Shown here one piece after another: positions 1 through 13,246 of a DNA stretch of 64,000 bases. The notes below the pieces were generated by a model that ran no database searches, was not told the DNA's origin, and saw only the letters and a program-made list of their open reading frames with translations. The DNA comes from the human T2T-CHM13v2.0 reference genome, Homo sapiens, in the NCBI RefSeq assembly GCF_009914755.1, contig NC_060927.1; one strand, 5' to 3'. The position numbers and the translations under genes are program-made. How positions within the stretch are numbered: position 1 is the stretch's first letter; every line of letters begins with the position of its first letter.

Positions 1-3000
1 CTCTAAATATCCACTTGGAAATACTAAAAGAAGAGAATTTCAAAACTGTTCTATAGAAAGGAAGGTTCAAACATTTGAGTTGAATGCACATTTCACAAAG
101 AATTTTCTGAGAATTCTTCTGTCAAGTTTATATGAAGAAATCCCGTTTCCAAAGAAGGCCTAAAAAAAGTCCAAATATTCACTTGTAAATTCGGCAAAAA
201 GAGTGTTTCAAAGCTACTCTATCAAAAGAAAGGTTAAACTCTGTGACTTGAACGCACACATCACAAAGTAGATTCTGAGAATAATTCTGTCTAGTTTTTC
301 TATGAAGTTATTTGCTTTTAAACCATAGGCCTCAAACGGCGCTGAATATCCACTTGGAAATTCTACAAAAAGAGAGTTTCAAAACTGCCCTGTCGAAAGG
401 AAGGTTCAACTATGTGAGTTGAAAGCATACATCACAAATATGTTTCTGAGACTTCTTCTGTATCGTTTTATAAGAAGAAATCACGTTTCAAACGAAGGCC
501 ACAAAGAGGTCCAAATATCCACCTGGAGATTCTACAAAAAGAGTGTTTCAAAACTGCTCTATCAAGAGGAATGTTCAACTCTGTAAATTGAATGCAAATA
601 TCATAAAGTAGTTTCTGACAATGCTTCTGTCTAGTTTTTATGTGAAGATATTTCCTTTTATACGGTAGGCCTCAAAGCGCTCAATATATACACTTGCGCA
701 TTCCCCAAAAGATTGTTTCAAAACTGCTCTATGAAAAGGAAGGCTAACTTCTGTAAGCTGAATGCACACATCAAAAATAGTTTCTGAGAATGATTCTGTC
801 TAGTTTTTCTATGAAACTATTTCCTTTTCTAGCATAGGCCTCAAACCGCTCTAAATATCCAGTTGGAAATTCTACAAAAAGAGAATTTCAAAACTGCCCT
901 ATCGAAAGGAAGATTCAACTCTGTGAGTTGAAAGCACACATCACAGAGAAGTTTCTGAGAGTTCTTCTGTCAAGTTTTATATGAAGAAATCCAATTTCCA
1001 ACGAAGGCCTCAAAAAAGTTCAAATATTCACTTGCAGATCCTACAAAAAGAGTGTTTCAAAACTGCTCTATCCAAAGAAAGGTTAAACTCTGTGAGTTGA
1101 ACGCACACACCACAAAGTAGTTTCTGAGAATCATTCTGTCTAGTTTTTCTATGAAGATATTGCCTTTTCTACCTTAGGCCTCAAACGGCTCTAAATGCCA
1201 CCTGAAAATTCTACAAAAAGAGAATTTCAAAACTGCTTTATCGAAAGGAAGGTTCAAATCAGTGAGTTGTATGCACATATCACAAAGAATTTTCTGAGAA
1301 TTCTAATGTCAAATTTTATATGAAGAAATCCTGTTTCCAAAGAAAGCTTCAAAAAAGTCCAAATATTCACTTGCAGATTCTACAAAAAGAGTGTTTCAAA
1401 ACTGCTTTATCAAAAGAAAGGTTAAACTCTTTGAATTTAACACACACACCACAAAGTAATTTCTGAGAATCATTCTGTCTAGTTTTCCTATGAAGATATT
1501 ACCTGTTCTACCATAGGCCTCAAAAGGAGCTAAATATCCACTTGGAAATTCTATAAAAAGAGAGTTTCAAAACCGCTCTATCGATAGGAAGGTTCAACTC
1601 TGTGAGTTGAAAGCACACATCACATGGAAGTTTCTGAGAATTCTTCTGTCAATTTTTATTTGAAGAAATTCCGTTTCCAACTAAGGCATCAAAAAGTCCA
1701 AATATTCACTTGGAGATACTACAAAAGGTAATGCCTTTTTTACAATAGGCCTCAAAGGGCGCCAAATATCCATTTGAAAATTCTAAAAAAAAGAGAGTTT
1801 CAAAACTGCTCTATCAAAAGGCAGTTTCAACTCTGTGAGTTGAAAGCAGACATCACAAAGATGTTTCTGAGAATTCTTCTGTCTAGTTTTAAATGAAGAA
1901 ATCACATTACGAACGATGGCCACAAACAGTTTGAAATATCCACCTGCAGATTCTACAAAAAGAGAGTTTCAAAACCGCTCTATCAAAAGAAAGGTTACAC
2001 TCTGTGAGTTGAACGGACACCACACAAAGTCGTTTCTGAGAATCATTCTGTCTTGTTTTTCTATGAAGATATCGCCTTTTCTATTATAGGCTTCAAACGG
2101 CGCTAAATATCCACTTGGAAATTCTACAAAAAGAGAGTTTAAAACTGCTCTATCGAAAGGAAGGTTCAACTCTGTGAGTTGAAAGCACACATCACAAGGG
2201 AGCTTCTGAGAATTCTTCTGTCTAGTTTTATATGATGAAATCTCGTTTCAAACGAAGGCCACAAAGACGTCTGCATGTCCACTCACAGATTCCACAAAAA
2301 TAGTGTTTCAAAACTGCTCTATCAAGAGGAATGTTCAATTCTGTGAGTTGAGTGCAAATATCACAAATTAATTTCTGACAATGCTTCTGTCTAGTTTTTA
2401 TGTGAAGATATTTCCTTTTCTACCGTAGGTCTCAAACCGCTCTAAATATACACTTGCGAATTGCAAAAAAAAAGTGTTTCAAATCTGCTCTATCAAAATA
2501 AACGTTAAACTCTGTAAGCTGAATGCACATATCACAAAGTAGTTTCTGAGAATGATTCTGTCTACTTTTTCTATGAAGATATTTCCTTTTGTACCACAGG
2601 CCTCAAACAGCTGTAAATATCCACTTGGAAATTATACAAAAAGAGTATTTCAAAACTGCTGAATCGAAAGGCAGGTTCAACTCTGTGAGTTGAATGCACA
2701 CATCACAAGGAAGTTTCTGAGAATTCATCTGTCAAGCTTTATATGAAGAAATCCGGTTTCCAACGAAGACTCCCAAAAAGTCCAAATAGTCACTTGCAGA
2801 TTCTACAAAAAGAGTGTTTCAAAACTGCTCTATCAAAAGAAACGTTAAATTCTGTGAGTTGAATGCACACATCACAAAGTAGTTTCTGAGAATCATTCTG
2901 TCTAGTTTTTCTATGAAGATATTGCCTTTTCTACCATAGGCCTCAAACGGCGCTACATATCCACTTGGAAATACTACAAAAAGAGAGTTTCAAAACTGCT

Positions 3001-3899
3001 CTATCGAAAGGAAGTTTCAACTCTGTGTGTTGAAAGCACACATCACAAAGAAGTTTCTGAGAATTCTTCTGTCTAGTTTTATATGAAGAAACATCGTTTC
3101 AAACGAAGGCCACAAAGAGGTCCAAATATCCATTTGCAGATTCTACACAAAGAGTGTTTCAAAGCTGCACTATCAAGAGGAATGTTCAACTTTGTGAGTT
3201 GAATGCAAATATCACCAAATAGTTTCTGACAATGCTTCTGTCTTGTTTTTATGTGAAGATATTTCCTTTTCTACTGTAGGACTCAAAGCGCTCTAAATAT
3301 ACAACTGCAAATTCCTGAAAAAACTGTTTCAAAACTGCTCTATCAAAAGAAAGGGTAAACTCTGTTAGCTGAATGCACACATCACCAAGTAGTTTCTGAC
3401 AATGATTCTGTCTAATTTTTATATGAAGATATTTTCTTTTCTACTACAGATCTCAAACCGCTCTAAATATCCATTTGGAAATTCTACAAAAAGAGTATTT
3501 CAAAACTGCTCTATCGAAAGGTAGGTTGAACTCTCTGAGTTGAATGCACACATCACAAAGTAGTTTCTGAGAATTTTTCTGTCACGTTTTATATGAAGAA
3601 ACCACGTTTCAAATTAAAGCCCCACAAACGTCAAAATATTCAATGGCTGATCCTACAAAAAGAGTTTTTCAAAACTACTCTATCAAGGGGAATGTTCTTC
3701 CTTGTGAGTTGAATGCAAATATCACCTACTAGTTTCTGAAAATGCTTCTGTCTAGTTTCAATGTGAAGATAATTCCTTCTGTACGGCAGACCTCAAAGCG
3801 CTCCAAATATACACTTGCAAATTCCACAAAAAGAGAGATTAAAAACCGCTCTGTCAAAAGAAAGGTTAAACTCCCTGAATTAAACGCATACATCACCAA

Positions 3900-4750
3900 G
3901 TAGTTTCTGAGAATCACTCTGTCTAGTTTTTCTATGAAGATGTTGCCTTTTCTACCATAGTCCTCAAACGACACTAAAAATCCACTTGGAAATTCTGTCA
4001 TTTGAAGGCAAATATCACGAAGCAGTTTCTGAAAATGCCTCTGTCTAGTTTTTATGGTAAGATATTTCCTTTTCTACACTAGACCTCAAAGCGTTCCAAA
4101 TATACACTTGCAAATTCTACGAAAAGAGTGTTTCAAAACTGCTCTATGAAAAGAAAGGTTAAACTCCCTAAACTAAAGGCACACATCACAAAGTAGTTTC
4201 AGAGAATGATTCTGTCTACTTTTGATATCAACATATTTCCTTTTCTACCGTGGGCCTCAAACCGCTCTAAATATCCACTTGAAAATCCTGCAAAAAGAGT
4301 ATTTCAAAACTGCACTATGGAAAGAAACGTTCAATTCTGTGAGTTGAATGCGCATATCACAGAGATGATTCTGAGAGTTCTTCTGTCAGGTTTATATGAA
4401 GTAATTCCCTTTCAAAAGAAGGCCTCATAAAAGTCCAAATATTCACTTGCAGATTCTACAAATAGAGTGTGTCAAAAGTGCTCTATCAAAAGAAAGGTTA
4501 AACTCTGTGAGCTCAACGTAAACATCACAAACCAGTTTCTGAGAATCACTCTGTCTAGTTTTTCTATGAAGATATTGCCTTTTCTACCATAGGCCTCAAA
4601 CAGCAATAAAAATCAACTTGGAAATTCTGTCAGTTTAATGCAAATATCACAAAGTAGTTTCTGACAATGCTTCTGTATAGTTTTTATGTGAAGATATTTC
4701 CTTTTCTACACTAGCCCTCAATGCTTTCCAATTATACACTAGGAAAGTCT
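3900..4750 (-). repeat. Old ~632-bp tandem duplication of a deleted pentamer (outer limits approximate)
   Basis: The same ~217-bp deletion junction aattctgtca occurs at 3991 and 4623. The shared variants atcactctgtctag and tttctacactag recur at the same offset. Confidence 0.75.
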
Positions 4751-5037
4751 ACAAAAAGAGTGTTTCAAAACTGCTCTATCAAGAGAAAGGTTAAATTCTG
4801 TAAGCTGAATGCACACACCACAATGTAGTTTCTGAGAATGATTCTCTCTAGTTTTTCTATGAAGATATTCCCTTTTCTTCCATAGGCCTCAAACTGCTCT
4901 AAATATCCACTTGGAATTTCTACAAAAAGAGTATTTCAAAACTGTTCTATCGAAAGGAACGTTCAACTCTGTGAGTTGAATGCACACATCACAAAGAAGT
5001 TTCTGAGAATTCTTCTGTCACGTTTTATATGAAGAAA

Positions 5038-5054
5038 TCCCGTTTCCAACGAAG
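5038..5054 (-). other. CENP-B box, intact
   Basis: tcccgtttccaacgaag is the reverse complement of CTTCGTTGGAAACGGGA. Confidence 0.9.
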
Positions 5055-8000
5055 GACCCCCAAAAATCCAAATATTCACTTGCAGATTCTACCAAAAGGA
5101 GTTTCAAAATTACTCTATCAAAAGAAAGGTTAAACTCTGTGAGTAGAACGCAAACATCACAAAGAAGTTTCTTAGAATCATTCTGTCAAGTTTTTCTACC
5201 AAGATATTGCCTTTTCTACCATAGGCCTCAAACAGCCCTAAATATACACTTTGAAATTCTACAAAAAGAGAGTTTCAAAACTGCTGTATCAAAAGGAAGG
5301 TGCAACTCTGTGAGTTGAAAGCACACATGACAAAGAAGTTTCTGAGAATTCTTCTGTTAAGTTTTATATGAAGAAATCACGTTTCAAACGAAGTCCACAA
5401 AGAGGTCCAATTATCCACTTGCAGATTATCCAAAAGAGTGTTTCAAAACTGCTCTATGAAAAGAAAGGTTAAACTCCCTTAGCTGAATGCACACATCACA
5501 AACTAGTTTCATAGAATGATTCTGTCTAATTTTTCTATGAAGATATTACGTTTTCTACCATAGGCCTCAAACGGCTCTTAATATCCACTTCGAAATTCTA
5601 CAAAAAGATTACTTCAAAACTGCTGTATTGAAAGGAAGGTTCAACTCTGTGAGGTGAATGCACACATCACAAAAGAGTTTCTGAGAGTTCTTCTGTAAGG
5701 TTTTATATGAAGAAATCCCGTTTCCAAAGGCCTCAAAAAAGTCCAAATATTCACTTGCAGATTCTACAAAGAGAGTTTCAAAACTGCTCTATCAAAGGAA
5801 AGATTAATCTCTGTCAGATGAACGCCCACATCAAAAAGTAGTTTCTGAGAATCATTCTGTCAAGTTTTTCTATGAAGATATTGCTTTTTATACCTAAGAC
5901 CTCAAAGGACCCAAGCTTTACACTTGGAAATTCTCCAAAAAGAGAGTTTCAAAACTGCTCTATCAAAAGGAAGGATCAACACGGTGAGTTGAAAGAACAC
6001 ATCACAAAGAAGTTTCTGAGAATTCTTCTGTCAAGTTTTATATGAAGAAATGCTGTTTCTAATGAAGGCCTCAAAAAGTCCAAATTGTTCCCTTGCAGGT
6101 TCTACAAAAAGCGTGTTTCAAAACTGCTCTATAAAAAGAAAGGTTAAACCCTGTGAGTTGAACGCACACATCACAAAGTAGTTTCTGAGAATCATTCTGT
6201 CTATTTTTTCTATGAAGATATTGCCTTTTCTACCACAGGCCTCAAACAGCGCTAAATATCCACTTGAAAATTCTACAAAAAGAGAGTTTCAAAACTCCTC
6301 TATCGAAAGGAAGTTTCAATTCTGTGAGTTGAAAGCACACATCAGAAAGAAGTTTCTGAGAATTCTTCTGTCTAGTTTTATATGAAGAAATTACGTATCA
6401 AAAGATGGCCTCTAAAAAGTCCAAATATTCCCTTGCAGATTCTACAAAAACAGTGTTTCTAAACTGCTCTATCAAAATAAAGGTTAAACTCTTTGAGTTG
6501 AGCGCACACATCAAAAAGTAGATTCTAAGAATCATTCAGTATTTTTTTTCTATGAAGATATTGCCTTTTTAACATAGGCCTCAAACGGTGCTAAATATCC
6601 ACTTGGAAATTCTACAAAAAGAGAAATTCAAAACTTCTCTATCGAAAGGAAGGTTCAACTCTGTGGGTTGAAAGCACACATCACAAGGAAGTTTCTGAGA
6701 ATTCTTCTGTCTAGATTTATATGAAGAAATCACGTTTCAAACGAAGTCCACAAAGGGGTCCAAATATCCCCTTGCAGATTCTACAAAAAGAATGTTTCAA
6801 AACTGCTCTACCAAGAGGAATGTTCAACTCTATGAGTTCAATGCAAATATCAAAATGTAGTTTCTGACAACGCTTCTGTCTAGTCTTTATGTTAAGATAT
6901 TTCCTTTTCTATCATATTACTCAAAGTGCACTAATTATACACATGCAAATTCCCCAAAAACAGTGTTTCAAATCTGCTCTATGGAAAGAAAGTTTAAACT
7001 CTGTAAGCTTAATGCACACATCACAAAACAGTTTCTCAGAATGATTCTGCCTAGCTTTTCTATGAAGATATTTCCTTTTCTACCACTGGCCTCAAACCAC
7101 TCTAAATATCCACTTGGTAATTCTACAAAAAGAGTATTTCAAAACTGCTCTATCGAAAGGAATGTTCACCTCTGTGATTTGAATGCACTCATCACAAAGG
7201 AGTCTCTGAGAATTCTTCTGCCACGTTTTATATGAAGAAAACACGTTTCCCTAGAAAGACCACAAAAATTCCAAATATTCAAATGCAGATTGTACAAAAA
7301 GTGTGTTTCCAAACTGCTCTATCTAAAGAAAGGTTAAACTCTGTGAGTTGAATGCACACATCACAAAGTAATTTCTGAGAATCATTCTGTCTAGTTTTTC
7401 TATGAAAATATTGCCTTTTATACCAGAGGCAACAAACGGCACTGAATATCCACTTGGAAATTCTACAAAAAGAGAGTTTCAAAACTGCTCTACCTAAAGT
7501 AAATTCAATTCTGCAAGTTGAAAGCACACATCACAAAGAAGTTTCTGAGAATTCTTCTGTCTACTTCAATATGAATAAATCACGTTTCAAACGAAGGCCA
7601 CAAAGAGTTCCAAACATCCACTTGCAGATTCGACAATAAGATTGTTTCAAAACTGCTCTATCAAGTGGAAAGTTCACTTCTGTGAGTTCAATGCAAATAT
7701 CACAGAATAGTTTCTGACAATGCTTCTGTCTAATTTTTAGGTGAAGATTTTTCTTTTCTACTGTAGGCCTCGAAGCTCTCTAAATATACACTTTCAAATT
7801 GCAAAAAAAGAGAGTTTCAAAACTGCTCTATCAAAAGAAAGGTTAAACTACGTAAGCTGAATGCACACATCACAAAGTTGTTTCTGAGAATGATTCTGTC
7901 TAGTTTTTCTATGAAGATATTCCCTTCTCTACCACAGGCCTCAAACCGCTCTAAATATCCACTTGGGAATTCTACTAAAAGAGAGTTTCAAAACAGCTCT

Positions 8001-11000
8001 GTCGAAAAGAAGGTTCAACTCTCTGCGTTGAAAGCACACATCCCCAAGAAGTTACTGAGAATTCTTCTGTCTATTATATATGAAGAAATCACTTTTCAAA
8101 AGAAGGCCACAAAGACGTCAAAATATCCACTTGCAGATCCTACAAAAAGAGTGTTTCAAAACTGCTCTATCAAGAGGAATGTTCAACTCTGTGAGTTAAA
8201 TGCAAATATCACAAAGTAGTTTCTGACAACGCTTCTGTCTAGTTATTATGTGAAGATATTTCCTTTTCTACCGTAGGCCTCAAAGCACTCTAAATATACA
8301 TTTGCAAATTCCAAGAAAAGACTGCTTCAAAACTGCTCTATCAAAAGAAAGTTTAAACTCAGTAAGCTGAATGCACACATCACAAAGTAGTTTCTGAGAA
8401 TGATTCTGTCTAGTTTGTCTATGAAGATATTTCCTTTTCTACCACAGGCCTCAAACCACTCTAAATATACCCATGGAAATTATACAAAAAGAGTATTTTG
8501 AAACTGCTCTATCGAAAGGAAGGTTCAACTCTGTGAGTTGAATGCACACATAATAAAGAAGTTTCTTAGAATTCTTCTGTCAGGTTTTATATGAAGAAAT
8601 CTCGTTTCCAACGAAGGCCTTAAAAAAGACCAAATATTGAATTGCAGATTCTACAGAAGAATAATTTCAAAACTGCTCTATCGAAAAGAAGGTTCGAATC
8701 TGGGAGTTGAATGCACACATCACAAAGAAGTTTCTGAGAATTCTTCTGTCAGGTTTCATAAGAAGAAATCCGGTTTCCAACGAAGGCCACAAAAAGTCCA
8801 AATATTCACTACCAGATTCTACCAAAAGAGTGTTGCAAATATACATTTGGAAATTCTACAAAAAGAGACTTTCAAAACTGCTCTATCGAAAGGAAGCTTC
8901 AACACTGTGAGTTGAAAGCACACATCACAAATAAGTTTCTTAGAATTCTTCTCTCTAGTTTTATATGAAGAAATCAAGTTTCAAACGAAGGCCATAAAGA
9001 GGTCTAAATATACACTTGTAGATTCTACAAAAAGAGTGTTTCAAAACTTCTCTATGAGAGGAATGTTCACCTCTGTGAGTTGAATGCAAATATCACAAAG
9101 TAGTTTCTGACAATGCTTCTGTCTAGTTTTTATGTGAAGATATTTCCTTTTCTACCATAGGCCTCAACGCGCTCTAAATATACACTTGGAAATTCCAGAA
9201 AAATAGTGTTTCAAAACTGATCTATGAAAAGAAAGGTTAAACTCGGCAAGCTGAATGCACACATCACAAAGTAGTTTCTGATAATCATTCTATCTTGTTT
9301 TTCTCTGAAGACATATCCTTTTCTACCATAGGCCTCAAACCGCACTAAATATCCACTTTAAATGCTAAAAAAAGACTATTTCAAAACTGCTGTATTGAAA
9401 GGAGGGTTCAAATCTGTGAGTTGAATACTCACCTCTCAAGTAAGTTTCTGACAATTCTTCTGTCAAGTTTTATATGAAGAAATCCCGTTTGAAAAGAAGG
9501 CCTCAAAAAAGTCAAAATATCTGCTTGCAGATTCTACAAATGAGTATTTCAAAACTGCTCTATCAAGAGGAATGTTCAACTCTGTGAGTTGAATGCAAAT
9601 ATCACAAAGTAGTTTCTAACAATGCTTTTGTCTAGTTTTTATGTGAAGATATTTCCTTTTCTACTGTAGGCCTTTAAGCACTCAATAAATACGATTTCAT
9701 ATTCCTCAAAAACAGTGTTTCAAAACTGCTCTATCAAAAGAAAGGTTAAGTTCTGTAAGCTGAATGCACACATCACAATGTAGTTTCTGATAATGATTCC
9801 ATCTGGTTTTTTATGAAGATATTTCCTTTTCTTTCATAGGCCTCAAACCACACTAAATATCCACTTGGAAATTCTACAAAAAGAGTATTTCAAAACTACT
9901 CTATCGAAAGGAAGGTTCAACTCTGTGAGTTGAATGCACACCACCCAAATAAGTTTCTGAGAATTCTTCTGTCAAGTTTTATATGAAGAAATCCGGTTTC
10001 CAACGAAGGCCTCAAAAAAGTACAAATATTCACTTGCAGATTCTACAAAAAGACTGTTTCAAAACTGCTCTATCAAAAGAAAGGTTAAACTCCGTGAGCT
10101 GAACGCACACATCACAAAGTAGTTTCTGAGAATCATTCTGTCTAGATTTTCTATGAAGATATTTCCTTTTCTACCATAGGCCTCAAACACCACTAAATAA
10201 ACACTTGGAAACTTTACAAAGAGTTTTTCAAAACTGCTCTGTTGAAAGGAAAGTTCAACTACGTGAGATGAAAGCACACATCACAAAGAAGGTTCTGAGA
10301 TTTCTTCTATGCAGTTTTATATGAAGAAATCACGTTTCAAACGAACGCCACAAATAGGTCCAAATATCCAGTTGCAGATTTGACAAATACAGTGTTTCAA
10401 AACTGCTCTATAAAGAGGAATGTTCAACTCTGTGAGTTGAATGCAAATATCACAATGTTGTTTCTGACTATGATTCTGTTTATTTTTTATGTGAAGATAT
10501 TTCCTTTTCTACCATAGGCCTCACAGCGCTCTAAATATACACTTAGAAATTCCACAAAAAGTGTGTTTCAAAACTGCTCTATCAGAAGAAAGGTTAAACT
10601 CTGTCAGCTGACACTCTGTCAGCACACATAACAAAGTAGTTTCTGATAATGATTCTATCTTGTTTTTCTATGAAGATATTTCCTTTTCTACCATAGGCCT
10701 CAAAGCAAACTAAATAACCACTTGGAAATTCTACAAAAAGAGTATTTCAAAACTGCTCTTTCGAAAGGAAGGTTCGACTCCGTGAGTTGAACGCACACTT
10801 CCCAAATAAGTTTCTGGCAATTCTTCTGTCAAGTTTTATATGATGAAATACCGTTTCCAACGAATGCCTCAAAAAAGTCCGAATATTCACTTGCAGATTC
10901 TACAAAAAGAGTGTTTCAAAACTGCTCTATCAAAAGAAAGATTAAACTCTGTGAGTTGAACCCACACATCACAAAGAAGTTTCTGAGAATCATTCTGTCT

Positions 11001-13229
11001 AGTTTTTGTATAAAGATATTGCCTTTTCTACCATAGGCCTCAAACAGCGCTGAATATCCACTTGGAAATTCTACAAAAAGAGAGTTTCAAAACTGCTCTA
11101 TCGAAAGGAAGTTTCAAATCTGTGAGTTGAAAGCACACAGCACAAAGTAGTTTCTGCGAATTCTGCTGTCTAGTTTTATATGAAGAAATCATGTTTCAAA
11201 CGATGGCCACGAAGAGGTCCAGTTATCCACTTGCAGATTCTACAAAAAGAGTGTTTCAAAACTGCTCTATCAAGAAGAATGTTCAATTCTTTGAGTTGAA
11301 TGCAAACATCACAAAGTAGTTTCTGACAATGCTTTTGTCTAGTTTCTATGTGAAGATATTTCCTTTTCAACCGTAGGCCTCAAGCGCTCTAAATATACAA
11401 TTGCAAATTCCACAAAAAGAGTGTTTCAAAACTGCTGTATCAAAAGGAAGTTTAAACTCTGTAACCTGAATGCACACAACACAAAGTAGTTTCTGAGAAT
11501 GATTCGGTCTAGTTTTTCTATGAAGATATTTCCTTTTCTACAACAGGACCCAAACCGCTCTAAATATCCACTTGGAAATCCTACAAAAAGAGTATTTCAA
11601 AACTGCTCTATCGAAAGAAAGTTTCAACTCTGTGAGTTGAATACACACATCACAAATAAGTTTGTGAGAATTCTTCAGTCAAGGTTCATAAAAAGAAATC
11701 CCGTTTCCAAAGAAGGACCCCCAAAAATCCAAATATCCACTTGCAGATACTACAAAAAGAGTGTTTCAAAACTGCTCTATCAAGAGGAATGTTCAACTCT
11801 GTGAGTTGAATGACAATATCACAAAGCAGTTTCTGACAATGCTTCTGTCTAGTTTTTATGTGAAGATATTTCCTTTTCTACCGTAGGCCTCAAGGCTCAC
11901 TAAATATACACTTGCAAATTCCACAAAAAGAGTGTTTCAGAACTGCTCTATCAAAAGAAAAGTAAAACTCTGTAAGCTGAATTCACATATCACACATTAG
12001 TTTCTGACCCTGATTACGTCTAGTTTTTCTATCAAGATATTTCCTTTTCTACCACAGGCCTCAAACCGCTCTAAATATCCCCTTGAAAACACTACAAATA
12101 GACTATTACAAAGCTGCTCTATCGAAAGGAAGTTTCAACTTTGTGAGTTGAATGCACACATCACAAAGAAGTTTCTGAAAGTTCTTCTGTCTAGTTTTAT
12201 ATGAAGAAATTCCATTTCCAACGAAGTCCCAAAAAAGTACAAATATTTACTTGCGGATTCTACAAAAGAGTGTTTCAGAACTGTTCTATCCAAAGAACGG
12301 TTAAACTCTGTGAATTGAACACACACCTCACAAAGTAGTTTCTGGGAATCATTCTGTCTAGTTTTTCTATAAAGATATTGCCTTTTCTACCATAGGCCTC
12401 AAATGGCGCTAAATATACACTTGGAAATTCTACAAAAAGAGAGTTTGAAAACTGCTCTATCAAAAGGAAGGCTCATCTCTGTGAGTTGAAAGCACACATC
12501 ACAAACAAGTTTCTGAGAACTCTTCTGTCTAATTTCGTATGAAGAAATCACTTTTCAAACAAAAGCCACTAAGATGTCCAAATATCCACTTGCAGATTCT
12601 ATAAAAAGAGTGTTTCAATACTGCTCTATCAAAAGAAAGGGTAAACTCTGTTAGCTGAATGCACACATCTGAATGTTGTTTCTGAGAATGATTCTGTCTT
12701 GTTTTTCTACGAAGGTGTGTCCTTTTCTACCATAGGCCTCAAACCACACAAAATATCCTGTTGAAAATACTTCAAAAAGAGTATTTAAAAACTGCTCCAT
12801 TGAAAGGAAGGTTCAACTCTGGGAGTTGAATGCACACATCACAAAGAAGTTCCTGAGACATCTTATGTCATGTTTTATATGAAGAAAACCCCTTTCCAAC
12901 GAAGGCCTCAAAAAAGTCCAAATATTAATTTGCAGATTCTACAAAAAGGATGTTTCAAAACTGCTCTATCATCAAGAAGAATGTTCAACTCCGTGAGGTG
13001 AAAGCAAATATAACAAAATAGTTTCTGAGAATCATTCCGTCTTGTTTTTCTATGAAGATATTGCCTTTTCTACCAGAGGCCTCAAAAGGCGTTAAATATC
13101 CACTTGGAAATTCCACAAAAGAGAGTTTCAAAACTCCTCTATCGAAAGGAAAGTTCAACTCTGGGAGATAAATGCACACATCAGAAAGAAGATTCTGAGA
13201 ATTCTTCTGTCAAGTTTTAAAAGAAGAAA

Positions 13230-13246
13230 ACCCGTTTCCAACGAAG
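13230..13246 (-). other. CENP-B box, core intact
   Basis: acccgtttccaacgaag; the TTCG....A..CGGG core is retained on the - strand. Confidence 0.85.
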
